A stretch of DNA of 64,000 nt, taken from contig CAVXLD010000012.1 of NCBI GenBank assembly GCA_963762565.1, forward strand, positions 513,697-577,696. Reading direction: 5' to 3'. The position numbers and the translations under genes are program-made. Source of the DNA: an uncultured Verrucomicrobiae bacterium. Lineage in GTDB: Bacteria > Verrucomicrobiota > Verrucomicrobiia > Chthoniobacterales > JAFAMB01. Shown in pieces: positions 29,655-38,700 of the stretch (positions are counted from its first letter, which is position 1; every line of letters begins with the position of its first letter). The notes below the pieces were generated by a model. The model worked only from the letters and a program-made list of their open reading frames with translations. It made no database searches and had not been told where the DNA came from.

Positions 29655-32525
29655 GTGGAACCAGCCATCGCCCGCCTTTACGCCTTGGATCCGGAGACCG
29701 GGCCCCGCGGAACCGGTTTCGCAATCTCCCCTGATCTTGCTCTCACCGCGTTTCATTGCATTGGGAACCGTTCCACCGGTGAGATCCAATTTACCAAGGT
29801 CCGCTTTCAGTTCAGGAACGACATCGCGCTAGAAGCTGAATATCTCGCCGGAAACCCAAAAACCGACTTCGCCCTTCTACGCTTTAGCACTCCGCTTCCT
29901 TCAGATCTTCGCCCGATTGGTTTAGCCAGTGGAGTGATCGAACGGAGCACGTACCGGGCGATTGGTTTTCCAGTAGGCTATGTTGGTGAAAATGGACCGG
30001 ACCGATTCACGGTTCAAGGCACCGTCACGGATTCTAAAGCTCGATTCACTGACGGCAGTCCGGCGCTACAGCTGCTTTGTCTTGAGTCTCTGGCTGAACT
30101 TTCATTGCACGGTCTAAGTGGCGCACCGGTGCTGGTGGCAACCCGACAAGGTGAGTCAGCGATTGGATTGGTACGTTGGAATCATCCCCGGGAGAGCGAC
30201 GACCGTTTCGCCACCGGCGCAACCATGTTTGCGTGTCCCATTGCTACTATCATCGAACAGGTGCCGGATATCCGGCCACTCGTTCATGAGATCTCGCCAA
30301 TGGCGGAGCTAGCCACCTTTCCGTTTCCCAAGGCAAAAGACGTCGATGGTTACGACCTGTTGCGAGTGGCGCTATCCGAACAGGTCGATCGCTTCCGAAC
30401 TCAAGGGAAACGTCCTCCATATGTACCGCGCGCTAAAGATGCAGAATTAGACGCCGCTCTTCGCCGGAGCTTCTTTGTCTTGATCACCGGACCATCCAAA
30501 GCCGGCAAGACTAGAACCGCTTACGAATTGCTATTGCGCAATTTACCGGAGTCCGCAGTGGTCAATCCACTGAAACCTGAATCGATTCGAGAGCTAATTC
30601 AACAGCTCGAAGTCTTATCTGATCGACCGGCATCTCTGGTCCTTTGGTTAGATGATATCGAAAGATTTGTGTTCACCGGCCGGCTAACCGTCATCGATCT
30701 GAACCAGCTTAGTCGTATACCTGGAGCCAAAATCATCGGCACGCTTCGGAACGAAGCCTGGCAGCGTTTACAGCAATCGACCGGAAAGAACCAAGAGCGC
30801 GATTCCCAGAGTAGGCCGCCTGAAGCCGAGGAAATCAGCCGGGGCGCCCGCGAAATATTCGCTCGTGCAACCACGGTTACGCTTGATGACGAGATGACTG
30901 CAGATGAAAATGCCGCCGCCCAAAAACTCTATCCCGATCTCAAATTTTCGAAGGGTCTAGGTGAGTCTTTTATCGCCGGACCCGAACTGAAAGCGCTTTT
31001 CGATCGCAGCAAAAATTCGATCAGATCCGTTGTCCAGGCTGCCTGTGATTGGGCACGGGCGGGTATGCTCAAGCCCATCGAGCGCGACGACTTAGCTGCG
31101 CTTTTTGAGACCTATTATGGGGAGGCCGAACCACTCTGGGAACCCTCGCCCCAAGAGTTCCAGGACGCCCTGCGAGAGGCTCGCCAACCAATCGTTAGAT
31201 ATAGTGCAATGCTATTACCGATAGATTTGGGCGACGGCAAGAAACGGTTCGGCGTCCCCGATTACCTCGGGGAATACATCGAAACCAAACGGAAGCTCAT
31301 TCTCAACCAAACCTGGGATCTCGCATTCAAAAGAGTCGACCTACCCGAACAATACGGCGTGCTTGGATGGATCGCTGGAATCCGCGGCGTCGAAGAAATC
31401 AGAGAAAAGGCTTACCGGAAAGGTCGCCAACTGCAAGATATCCTTAGCACCTTTAACCTGGCCGTACTCGTGCGTGATCGCGGCGATATTAATGAAGCCG
31501 TCTCTCTGTTTCGCGAATGTCTGGCCTTAGATCCCGATTACGCCGAGGCTCACTATAACTTAGCCTGGCTGATTCAGAAGAAATCTCCTCGCGACGCCGA
31601 AAAGCATTATCTCAGATCGATCGAGCTCAAACCGAGTTTAGCGGCCGCTCACAACGATTATGGGCTCTTTCTTAAACAATTGAATCGAAAAGAGGAAGCG
31701 TTCACCGAATACCTGTCTGCGATCCACGCTGACCCGCTTTTAAGGCATCCGCATATGAATCTGCGGACTTTGATCGGGTCGCAACCAGTACCCGTCGAGA
31801 TTCTATCCCTTTATCAACAACTCTCATCGTGTTTTCCGAACTCCCCTATCATCCAAGGCGCGTACGGCTATTGGCTACTGCGGGTGAACCGACATTCCGA
31901 AGCGGAAAAACCGCTGCGAAAAGCGATCGAGCTTAAAACCGACTTCGCCGAAGCCTATTCTTGGCTCGGAAGCTTGCTCGCAATGACTCATAAATTGGAG
32001 GAAGCCGAAGTCACCTTAAAAACCGCGCTCAAATACGACCCAACCGATGCCCCCGCCCATTATAACCTCGGTTACCTTTATTCCCGGCGCGGTGCCACCG
32101 ATCTAGAGGAGCACGAATATCGAGAAGCGATCCGGCACAATCCTGATTCCGTTGAAGCCTGGTATAACCTCGGCAACATCCTGCGCGAGCGAAACGAGTA
32201 TGAGGAAGCCGAGAAATACTACCGGCAGGCAATCCAAATCAAACCCGACCACCTCTCAGCCCATCACAATCTCGGAATCGTTCTTCATCTTCGCGGAAAA
32301 TTAGTCGATGCAGAAAAAGAGTTCTGTTTCGTGGTAAACGCGGATCCGAATAACTATCGCGCACGCGCTGGGCTTGGCTCTGTGCTCCGCGATCGCGGAG
32401 ATTTAGTCGGAGCAGAACGCGAGCTACGTACCGCCCTTAAGATCGCTCCGGATTACAGGTACGCCCAAGAAGCGCTAGCAAACCTTCCCCCCACCAGCGC
32501 CCGGACCAAAAAGCAGGACCGCTAA
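29655..32525 (+). CDS. Trypsin-like serine protease + P-loop NTPase + TPR protein
   Basis: Catalytic triad TAFHC / DFALL / GLSGAP; Walker A GPSKAGKT; Walker B LVLWLDD; many C-terminal TPRs (AHYNLG). Confidence 0.85.
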   Translation: MEPAIARLYALDPETGPRGTGFAISPDLALTAFHCIGNRSTGEIQFTKVRFQFRNDIALEAEYLAGNPKTDFALLRFSTPLPSDLRPIGLASGVIERSTYRAIGFPVGYVGENGPDRFTVQGTVTDSKARFTDGSPALQLLCLESLAELSLHGLSGAPVLVATRQGESAIGLVRWNHPRESDDRFATGATMFACPIATIIEQVPDIRPLVHEISPMAELATFPFPKAKDVDGYDLLRVALSEQVDRFRTQGKRPPYVPRAKDAELDAALRRSFFVLITGPSKAGKTRTAYELLLRNLPESAVVNPLKPESIRELIQQLEVLSDRPASLVLWLDDIERFVFTGRLTVIDLNQLSRIPGAKIIGTLRNEAWQRLQQSTGKNQERDSQSRPPEAEEISRGAREIFARATTVTLDDEMTADENAAAQKLYPDLKFSKGLGESFIAGPELKALFDRSKNSIRSVVQAACDWARAGMLKPIERDDLAALFETYYGEAEPLWEPSPQEFQDALREARQPIVRYSAMLLPIDLGDGKKRFGVPDYLGEYIETKRKLILNQTWDLAFKRVDLPEQYGVLGWIAGIRGVEEIREKAYRKGRQLQDILSTFNLAVLVRDRGDINEAVSLFRECLALDPDYAEAHYNLAWLIQKKSPRDAEKHYLRSIELKPSLAAAHNDYGLFLKQLNRKEEAFTEYLSAIHADPLLRHPHMNLRTLIGSQPVPVEILSLYQQLSSCFPNSPIIQGAYGYWLLRVNRHSEAEKPLRKAIELKTDFAEAYSWLGSLLAMTHKLEEAEVTLKTALKYDPTDAPAHYNLGYLYSRRGATDLEEHEYREAIRHNPDSVEAWYNLGNILRERNEYEEAEKYYRQAIQIKPDHLSAHHNLGIVLHLRGKLVDAEKEFCFVVNADPNNYRARAGLGSVLRDRGDLVGAERELRTALKIAPDYRYAQEALANLPPTSARTKKQDR

Positions 32526-32632
32526 AAGGCGAGGACTGAAAGAACACAAAAAGTTGACCGCGATGATCCTCGTAGTAAGCCAGACACTGGTAAACCTGCG
32601 GGCCCGTCAGGTCCGGAATAGGTCCCTGAATG

Positions 32633-32700
32633 GGGACAGGTCGACTGTTGGCCGTCCCAAAGGTTGTCGCTATGCAGCAGCACCACTATTGACCTGTCCC
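32633..32700. repeat. REPIN-like mini-element GGGACAGGTC...GACCTGTCCC
   Basis: Terminal inverted repeats, 68 bp; followed by a tandem re-copy of the right end. Confidence 0.75.
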
Positions 32701-32999
32701 TTTTGAACTTTTTGACCTGTCCCTTTTGAACTTTCCCGCGCAAGGAAAAGGCACTGTGAAACGGCTTCGAATGAATGACCGCATGCAGATTGAAGCACGG
32801 CGGCATTGGCTGGAGCTGGAACTCTATCCGTAGAACGGTAGTAGGAAAGGGCAACGCGCTCAGGGTCGGTCCGAAGGGGCTACGATTTGAGGTCCAGGAC
32901 GGCGGCTTTCGAGCGACCTAGTTGGCACAGAATGGCCGTCCGAGGTTCGGAAATCCGCCCTTCTCTCATGGAATGAATCTAGCTCTCTAGCGAAATTCC

Positions 33000-33221
33000 A
33001 TGCAGAAGCATCTATCGGTCATCACCCATAAAGCCGGCGTTGTTCACATTAATCGTCAGAGCGGGAACCTGTTCTGGGAAGAAGAGAACCTCGATCCCGT
33101 CGTGAAGCAGTACGCCAAGAAATACCTGGTGCAGGAGGGTTTCCTTGAGCAAGCGCTTGGGGTTCTTGACCCAGCGCCGCATCCAGTTCCGGATCTCTTT
33201 CTCGATGATGTCTTGAATTAG
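33000..33221 (+). CDS. Hypothetical small protein (copy 1)
   Basis: 73 aa; inverted paralog at 50182-50414 with a conserved peptide. Confidence 0.6.
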   Translation: MQKHLSVITHKAGVVHINRQSGNLFWEEENLDPVVKQYAKKYLVQEGFLEQALGVLDPAPHPVPDLFLDDVLN

Positions 33222-33563
33222 AAACGAAGATTCTTTTTACCGCTGCGGAAATCCCGCATTCGGAATATAGGCTGTCCTTTTTTGAGACGCAGTCCGGGCC
33301 GCCCTCAAAGGCGCCTGAGCGAACGCCGGGGACACCTTCAGTCAGTGCTACTCATTTGCTTTCCGCGATCGTCTGTTCGTCCAACTCCTCCTCTGATTCC
33401 CCGTACGCCGGCGGATAATACAACACCGAGGTGATTTCTTTCCCGTTAGCCTCGACCAGATCCGCAATCCCTTGGGCGAGTTTCTGATGATATGCGCTGA
33501 CGCCAGGCCCTCTGATCACGATCACGCCGGCCGAGCTCGACACCATCTGAGAAAATCGATCTA

Positions 33564-33626
33564 GGGACAGGTCAATAGTCCTGCTTACAGATTGCGAGCC
33601 GCCCAGGTCGATAGTTAACCTGTCCC
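33564..33626. repeat. REPIN-like mini-element (63 bp)
   Basis: GGGACAGGTCAATAGT...TTAACCTGTCCC; related to 34596-34660. Confidence 0.8.
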
Positions 33627-33910
33627 TACCTTCACACCCCCCTCGGGACGAGCAGAAAATTTGGAGCGAGGTCAAGCGGTCGGGGTAAAGGACAGGGCCG
33701 AATGTTGCGTCTCACATTAGCCCAGCTGCCGGAAGATCTCCCACGAAGACTAGCCGCAAAAAGAGAACGCCGAAACTGCAAACAAATAAACACCGACATC
33801 GATTGATATGCATGACGACATATGTATTACAAGTCATAGCGGATTGGTGAGATGGACCGTTGGCCCAGGCCGACAGCCGGTTCCTGCGCACCAATCACCT
33901 TTCACTCTTC

Positions 33911-34309
33911 TCAACCGGTGCGCCAGCTCGCGACCCTTAGCCCTGGAATTCTTTGGAATTCCGCAAGGTTCGAAGTCACCAAAGTACAAGCGGAACGAAT
34001 TGCCTCTGCGGCGATGAGAAGGTCATATGGGCCGATCGAGTGGCCAGCCGACCGCAGGGCGGCCCGAATCTCAGACGCAACCTTCGCGGTCGAGCTATCA
34101 AACGAGATCACAGAAAAGGGCGCCACGAACAAGTCGATCTTACGCTGTTCAGAGGTTGGTCGTGCGCTCAGCAGAGCACCACTACGAAGCTCAAAAACGC
34201 TGATGGCAGAAATTCGGCAGTCATCCGGACTTTGTTGTGCAAGCCTGGTCACTACAGGACTAAGACCGCGCAACACATCGACGCAGGTATCCGTATCGAG
34301 AAGAAACAC
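33911..34309 (-). CDS. vapC: PIN-domain toxin
   Basis: LLDTD, ELRSGA, IGPYDLLIAA and LVTSNLAEFQRIPGL. Confidence 0.92.
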   Translation of the reverse strand: MFLLDTDTCVDVLRGLSPVVTRLAQQSPDDCRISAISVFELRSGALLSARPTSEQRKIDLFVAPFSVISFDSSTAKVASEIRAALRSAGHSIGPYDLLIAAEAIRSACTLVTSNLAEFQRIPGLRVASWRTG

Positions 34310-34312
34310 GAT

Positions 34313-34546
34313 TTATTCGAGCGATCTAATTGGCGGCAACGCCGGCTGGGCAGGCCGCTTGAATCCCGGGTCCTTGATTTTGATTGCTCGAAAAAAGCCA
34401 CGCGGCCATGAACGTTTACGTTTAGGGATCAGAATCACACGATCGCCTTCCTGCTGGATATAGACCTCAGTGCCCTCGAGTCTAAACTCTTTTGGTATAC
34501 GCACGGCTTGCGAACCTCCACTTCGAAAGAGTTTCGCCGTCCTCAT
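34313..34546 (-). CDS. vapB: AbrB/MazE-type antitoxin
   Basis: TAKLFRSGGSQAVRIPKEFR. Confidence 0.92.
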   Translation of the reverse strand: MRTAKLFRSGGSQAVRIPKEFRLEGTEVYIQQEGDRVILIPKRKRSWPRGFFRAIKIKDPGFKRPAQPALPPIRSLE

Positions 34547-34595
34547 GTAGATACAGTAGCTACAAACGACTACGACATCAAAGGAAATAGATCTG

Positions 34596-34660
34596 GGGAC
34601 AGGTCAATAGTCGTACTTACAGATTGCTAGAGCCGTCTAGGTCAAGAGTTGACCTGTCCC
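34596..34660. repeat. REPIN-like mini-element (65 bp)
   Basis: GGGACAGGTCAATAGT...GTTGACCTGTCCC. Confidence 0.8.
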
Positions 34661-34743
34661 AATGACTGACCCCCCAACCACATCATGGACCCCGATCCGA
34701 GTTCCTTCTACAATGTGGACCTGGTAACGCAGCGCGCAGACGA

Positions 34744-34959
34744 TTATGCTGCGACCAAGTCTCTAGGTTCAGGCAGCGGCTTCCCTTCAGCTTTGTAGGA
34801 TTCGACGACGTCAGCCACGACCGTCCGAAGATCCTTGAAGACTTGCTCCGGATCATCGCCATGCGTACCGCCATAGAACAGATCAGGACATAAGCCTACG
34901 TAGCATTGGTCTTCGTCACTCCAATAAACAACGAGGTGATATCTATCTGCTGGATTCAT
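34744..34959 (-). CDS. hicB: HicB-family antitoxin
   Basis: YHLVVYWSDEDQCYVGLCPDL..GGTHGD...EGKPLPEP; ATG 34959. Confidence 0.85.
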   Translation of the reverse strand: MNPADRYHLVVYWSDEDQCYVGLCPDLFYGGTHGDDPEQVFKDLRTVVADVVESYKAEGKPLPEPRDLVAA

Positions 34960-35068
34960 CGATCGCCTTTCTGATTTGTTTCTCCAGGTAAGGCTTAGCG
35001 TCTTTGTTGTCCGCGTCAGGAATAATGACGAAAATTCTCGCATTGTCATGCTTGAACTTTCGCTGATC
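34943..35068 (-). pseudogene. hicA: C-terminal fragment of a HicA-family toxin
   Basis: Manual translation DQRKFKHDNARIFVIIPDADNKDAKPYLEKQIRKAIDESSR* overlapping the hicB start; N-terminus lost. Confidence 0.6.
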
Positions 35069-35188
35069 GTTAATGAAAAGTTAGTCGACTTGAGTGCGGC
35101 ACTGCGCGATGCGTTAAAGGTCTTGCGGTTTGATCCTCGGGAGCTCCGCTGGATGCATCCCGAAATAAAAATCAGCGAGCTAGATTAG
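35064..35188 (+). pseudogene. 3' fragment of the 62573-62938 / 44098-44415 putative immunity gene family
   Basis: VNEKLVDLSAALRDALKVLRFDPRELRWMHPEIKISELD. Confidence 0.75.
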
Positions 35189-35440
35189 GTTTCCACGTCC
35201 GCCTCTTGGTTCACCTTTCATCTTTGCGTCTTTGCGTGAGATTTTTTCGTCTTTTTTTTGCGTTCTTTCTCGACCGACATAGCCTTGGCGACATCTGTTG
35301 CGGCTTTTCCGGATTTTCCACCAATCACCAATCACTTTTCATCTCTCACCCTCTTCCCTTTGCGCCTTTGCGTCCCTGGCCGACATAGTTAAAGGGGGAG
35401 ATGGGGCGACGTCTGCTTAGCGTGAGATTTTCATTCGTCC

Positions 35441-35701
35441 TTATTCGTGGCCATTGCCGCGCGCGATGCCGTTCGAGCCGCTGGCTATGCTGCAGCCTAA
35501 CCCTTTTTGCCGAAAGATTTGGCGCTGCCGAAACCAAGCGGAGCGGTACTTAACAATCCAGTCCATCAACGCATGCTCAAAGCCGATATCGTACCCAGCT
35601 TTTTCGCTTTCGATCCATTTGTGTCGGAGGATCTCCGCTCGTTCGGCTAAGAATTCGTTGTACAAGGATGAATTCCGAACCAGCTGAGAGACGTCTTCCA
35701 C
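35441..35701 (-). CDS. DUF4032-like small protein (copy 2)
   Basis: Lies in a duplicated block, 35366-35790, matching 11718-12143. Confidence 0.75.
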   Translation of the reverse strand: MEDVSQLVRNSSLYNEFLAERAEILRHKWIESEKAGYDIGFEHALMDWIVKYRSAWFRQRQIFRQKGLGCSIASGSNGIARGNGHE

Positions 35702-35947
35702 GGGATATCAATTTAGTTAGGCACACTAACGTCTTCCAATACTTATTTCGAAGTGTTACTAGACCTCCTGCGTATGGAAAAGAAGGTAAAGCCTTCTGTT
35801 TGACTTGAGCTCAGCCGAGTCGTCGAAGTCTCTGTTAGCCCTGTTCAAACGATTGTCTTTGCGAGCTTCTGTGAGGTTTGCCTCCCGGATTTACCTTTGC
35901 GGCTTTGCGTCTTTGCGTGAGATTTTTCTTCGCCTTCCTACTGCACG

Positions 35948-36100
35948 CCTTCAATCGCGAAGCTTTCGATATACTTCGATAATTTTTGCTGTAACGGCTT
36001 AAGCTTTTGGAACTCTGACGAAGACCGCCACCGTTCCGCATCGGCCGTTGGCAATTGTGAGGATTTTGATAGCAAATGAGAAGTCAGGACTCTCAACGGT
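35948..36100 (-). pseudogene. Internally deleted DUF1330 copy
   Basis: The 3' end (matching about 10547-10645) is joined to upstream sequence matching about 10946-10979. Confidence 0.7.
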
Positions 36101-36354
36101 CCCGTTAAAAGCCGCCGGCGCGCACTTTGTGCAACCGAGCGGCAGGTCTGGAATCCAGCCCCTAGGGTTGACGCGAAGCGCTCACAAATCCACTACGCTA
36201 AATGACGTATATCCCGATCTGCTAACGCATGCTTTTGTTTGATCCGGTGAAACGGTTGAACCAATAACGCTTCGATCAATTAATCGGCATCCCGCCGACC
36301 GGTACTCACCGTTAAACGACCATCAACAAAACCAGCCAACAGAAAGGATTGAGT

Positions 36355-37542
36355 ATGTCATCCCGTACCAAAAGGCACGTTCCTCAAACGAATGAGTTTC
36401 ATCCAGGAGCCGTGCGACCAAGCCACATCGCCAAGAATTCGCAGGCCCACGGAGGTGTGAGCCCGCTTAGTTCGGTTAGCCATCGTAACACTAGCTTTCA
36501 ACCACTCCCACGACCTCTAGGTCTGACGCCTTATCATTATCCATTAACTGACCATTTCCCGACGATCGGAGACAATATTAAGGTCGCGAAGAAGATGGTG
36601 TTCCATGTCCTAGGCGATTCAGGAGGCGTCAAGGACGGAGAGTACCAAGACAAGGTTGCGGAAGAAATGGTTGGCCAACTTTCTGGAAACGCGGCGGATT
36701 TCCCCCAGTTCTGCTATCATGTCGGCGACGTAGTCTACTTCACCGGGATGCACGACGACTACTACGGTCAATTCTACGAACCGTACTCTCATTACACACC
36801 TCCAATCTTTGCGATCCCTGGCAACCACGACGGCGAAGTTGATGATCCCGGTGTCCAGACCTCACTCGATGGATGGGTCGATTATTTCATGCAAGCCAAT
36901 CCGGACGTTGATCCGATCTCGAAGGACGCTCCACGCGTCGGCTTGAGTCTTCCCAACGTTTATTGGACGTTCCTGACACCGTACGCCACATTCGTCGGCC
37001 TATACACTAACGTGCCTGAGGGCGGCTCTATCGATTCGGTGCAACAACAATGGGTAACGAACGAATTTGCTACTGCGTCTAGAGATCTACCGCTCATCTT
37101 CGCGCTGCACCATCCAATCTACTCATTCGATGTCTATCACAGCGGCAGTTCTAAAATGGCAGACGTCTTAGAGAATGCAATTCGCGACACTGGACGAGTG
37201 CCGAATTTGGTGTTGACCGGACATGTCCATGACTACCAACGCATCGAACAGACCATAGCCGCCAGTGGGCCTACCCCGTTTATTGTTTGCGGGAACGGCG
37301 GGTACCACAACTTACACAAAATCCATTCACAGCCAGGAGACAAGGCCCCGGACACCGGTGCAGTTCTGAAGTACGGCCAAGATACAGCCTGGGGTTTCTT
37401 AACCCTGACCATCGATGACGAATCGATCACCGGTGTGTCAACTGAGGTGAATAAGCAAGGCGAAGTCTCTCGGGGCGATGAATTCAGTTACCCGACTGCC
37501 GCCGTAATGCTCGAGACCCCAAAAAACGTGCCAACACTCTAA
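36355..37542 (+). CDS. Calcineurin-like metallophosphoesterase
   Basis: GDSG, GDVVY, GNHD, LHHP and GHVH motifs. Confidence 0.9.
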   Translation: MSSRTKRHVPQTNEFHPGAVRPSHIAKNSQAHGGVSPLSSVSHRNTSFQPLPRPLGLTPYHYPLTDHFPTIGDNIKVAKKMVFHVLGDSGGVKDGEYQDKVAEEMVGQLSGNAADFPQFCYHVGDVVYFTGMHDDYYGQFYEPYSHYTPPIFAIPGNHDGEVDDPGVQTSLDGWVDYFMQANPDVDPISKDAPRVGLSLPNVYWTFLTPYATFVGLYTNVPEGGSIDSVQQQWVTNEFATASRDLPLIFALHHPIYSFDVYHSGSSKMADVLENAIRDTGRVPNLVLTGHVHDYQRIEQTIAASGPTPFIVCGNGGYHNLHKIHSQPGDKAPDTGAVLKYGQDTAWGFLTLTIDDESITGVSTEVNKQGEVSRGDEFSYPTAAVMLETPKNVPTL

Positions 37543-37571
37543 GCTGCTTCAGCTAGACACAGACAAAAAGT

Positions 37572-37607
37572 CCGTAGGTGGCCGCGACTGGGTCACCTAC
37601 GGTTTTT
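37572..37607 (+). terminator. Rho-independent terminator
   Basis: CCGTAGGTGGCC-loop-GGTCACCTACGG followed by a T-run, 30 nt after the stop. Confidence 0.7.
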
Positions 37608-37785
37608 GATCTGCAACTTATCGAGCGAGCCCCCCGGCAGCTGCCCATCGAAACGAACGTGCAATTATCCAAGAGCCTTGATAAATAAGATAAAACATCG
37701 CGGAATAATGTTGCTTATTAAGACGTGACCCTAGTTCCGAACGCCCTGGTCATCGAGCTCGACGGAGCCCAGCATTTAGTTGACA

Positions 37786-37920
37786 GCAGCCGCGGCTCCG
37801 AATTCTCCTCCCGCCTCGAAGCTTTCCTTAGGGGCTCTCGCCGACAGTCACCTCGGTTATTCTCTCATGCCGTCCTGAACTCGGCGCTATTCAACTATCG
37901 ACCTGTCCCCAATCCGGTTC
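37786..37920 (+). repeat. Dispersed 135-180 bp repeat (RAYT 3' flank) ending in CGACCTGTCCCC; copies at 38320-38499 and 47117-47297
   Basis: Near-identical GCAGCCGCGGCTCCGAATTC...TTCAACTATCGACCTGTCCCC in three places. Confidence 0.9.
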
Positions 37921-37974
37921 CCTGAGGCGATCGCTAAGAACTCGGCTCAAGCCAAGCTCGGGCTGCAGGAGGCA

Positions 37975-38328
37975 TTGGGGCTAGGGACAGAAAGCAGTTG
38001 GAGGGGCGCGCGCCGGGAATATCGTAAGCTGCTTTTCCAAACTGGAACAGCAGCTTCCAAAGCGGGTGCAGTCATTGATGTGGAGCTTGCCCAGAAAGTT
38101 CTCCAGCAACAGCAAGGCGAGATCCCACTCGCGGAGCTTTTGCGTTGTCGGATACGCTATTTTACCGATGGAGGCATCCTCGGTAGCCGGGCCTTTGTGC
38201 AAGAACAATTCGCCCGCTGCAGAGAAATCCTCTCTCCTGCGCAATCCGATCGTGGCTACCGGCTACGCGTCATTCCCGGCGACCAGATCTGGGTGCTCCG
38301 CAATCTCCGCCTTCAGCCAGTCGGCTAG
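37975..38328 (+). pseudogene. C-terminal fragment of a second RAYT-type transposase
   Basis: LLRCRIRYFTDGGILGSRAFV...LRNL resembles Verrucomicrobia Y1 transposase C-termini; no HUH part. Confidence 0.6.
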
Positions 38329-38503
38329 CCTAGCAGTCTAACCTCTGTGCAGGTCGAGCCACGTCGGCAGCCGCGGCTCCGAATTCTCCTCCCGCCTCGA
38401 AGCTTTCCTTAGGAGCTCTCGCCAACAGTCACGCCGGTTATTCTCTCATACCGTCCTGAACTCGGCGCTATTCAACTATCGACCTGTCCCCAGTCCGGTC
38501 CCC

Positions 38504-38618
38504 CCAAGCTCCTGGGAAGTCCACGCGAGTTGCACGCGCCATGCTGGTGAGTGTCGCATCCAGATACAAAAACACAATAATAGTATGTTATTATGATCCC
38601 AGAGCTAAGTGTTTGTAT
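38504..38618 (-). mobile_element. RAYT 5' stub (MARATRVDFPGAW) plus leader
   Basis: Matches 28833-28948; cut next to the GACCTGTCCCC motif at 38480-38491. Confidence 0.8.
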
Positions 38619-38700
38619 CTAAGCTTTATCCATCACTGTTGGATCAAGAAGCTGAGGCGCTTGCCAATGAAGAGGACAGCGTCGTGGATGAGGAGTTCGA

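Noticed and set aside
32923..32937. Second sigma-54 promoter (TGGCACAGAATGGC)
   Set aside because: The GG-to-GC spacing does not fit -24/-12.
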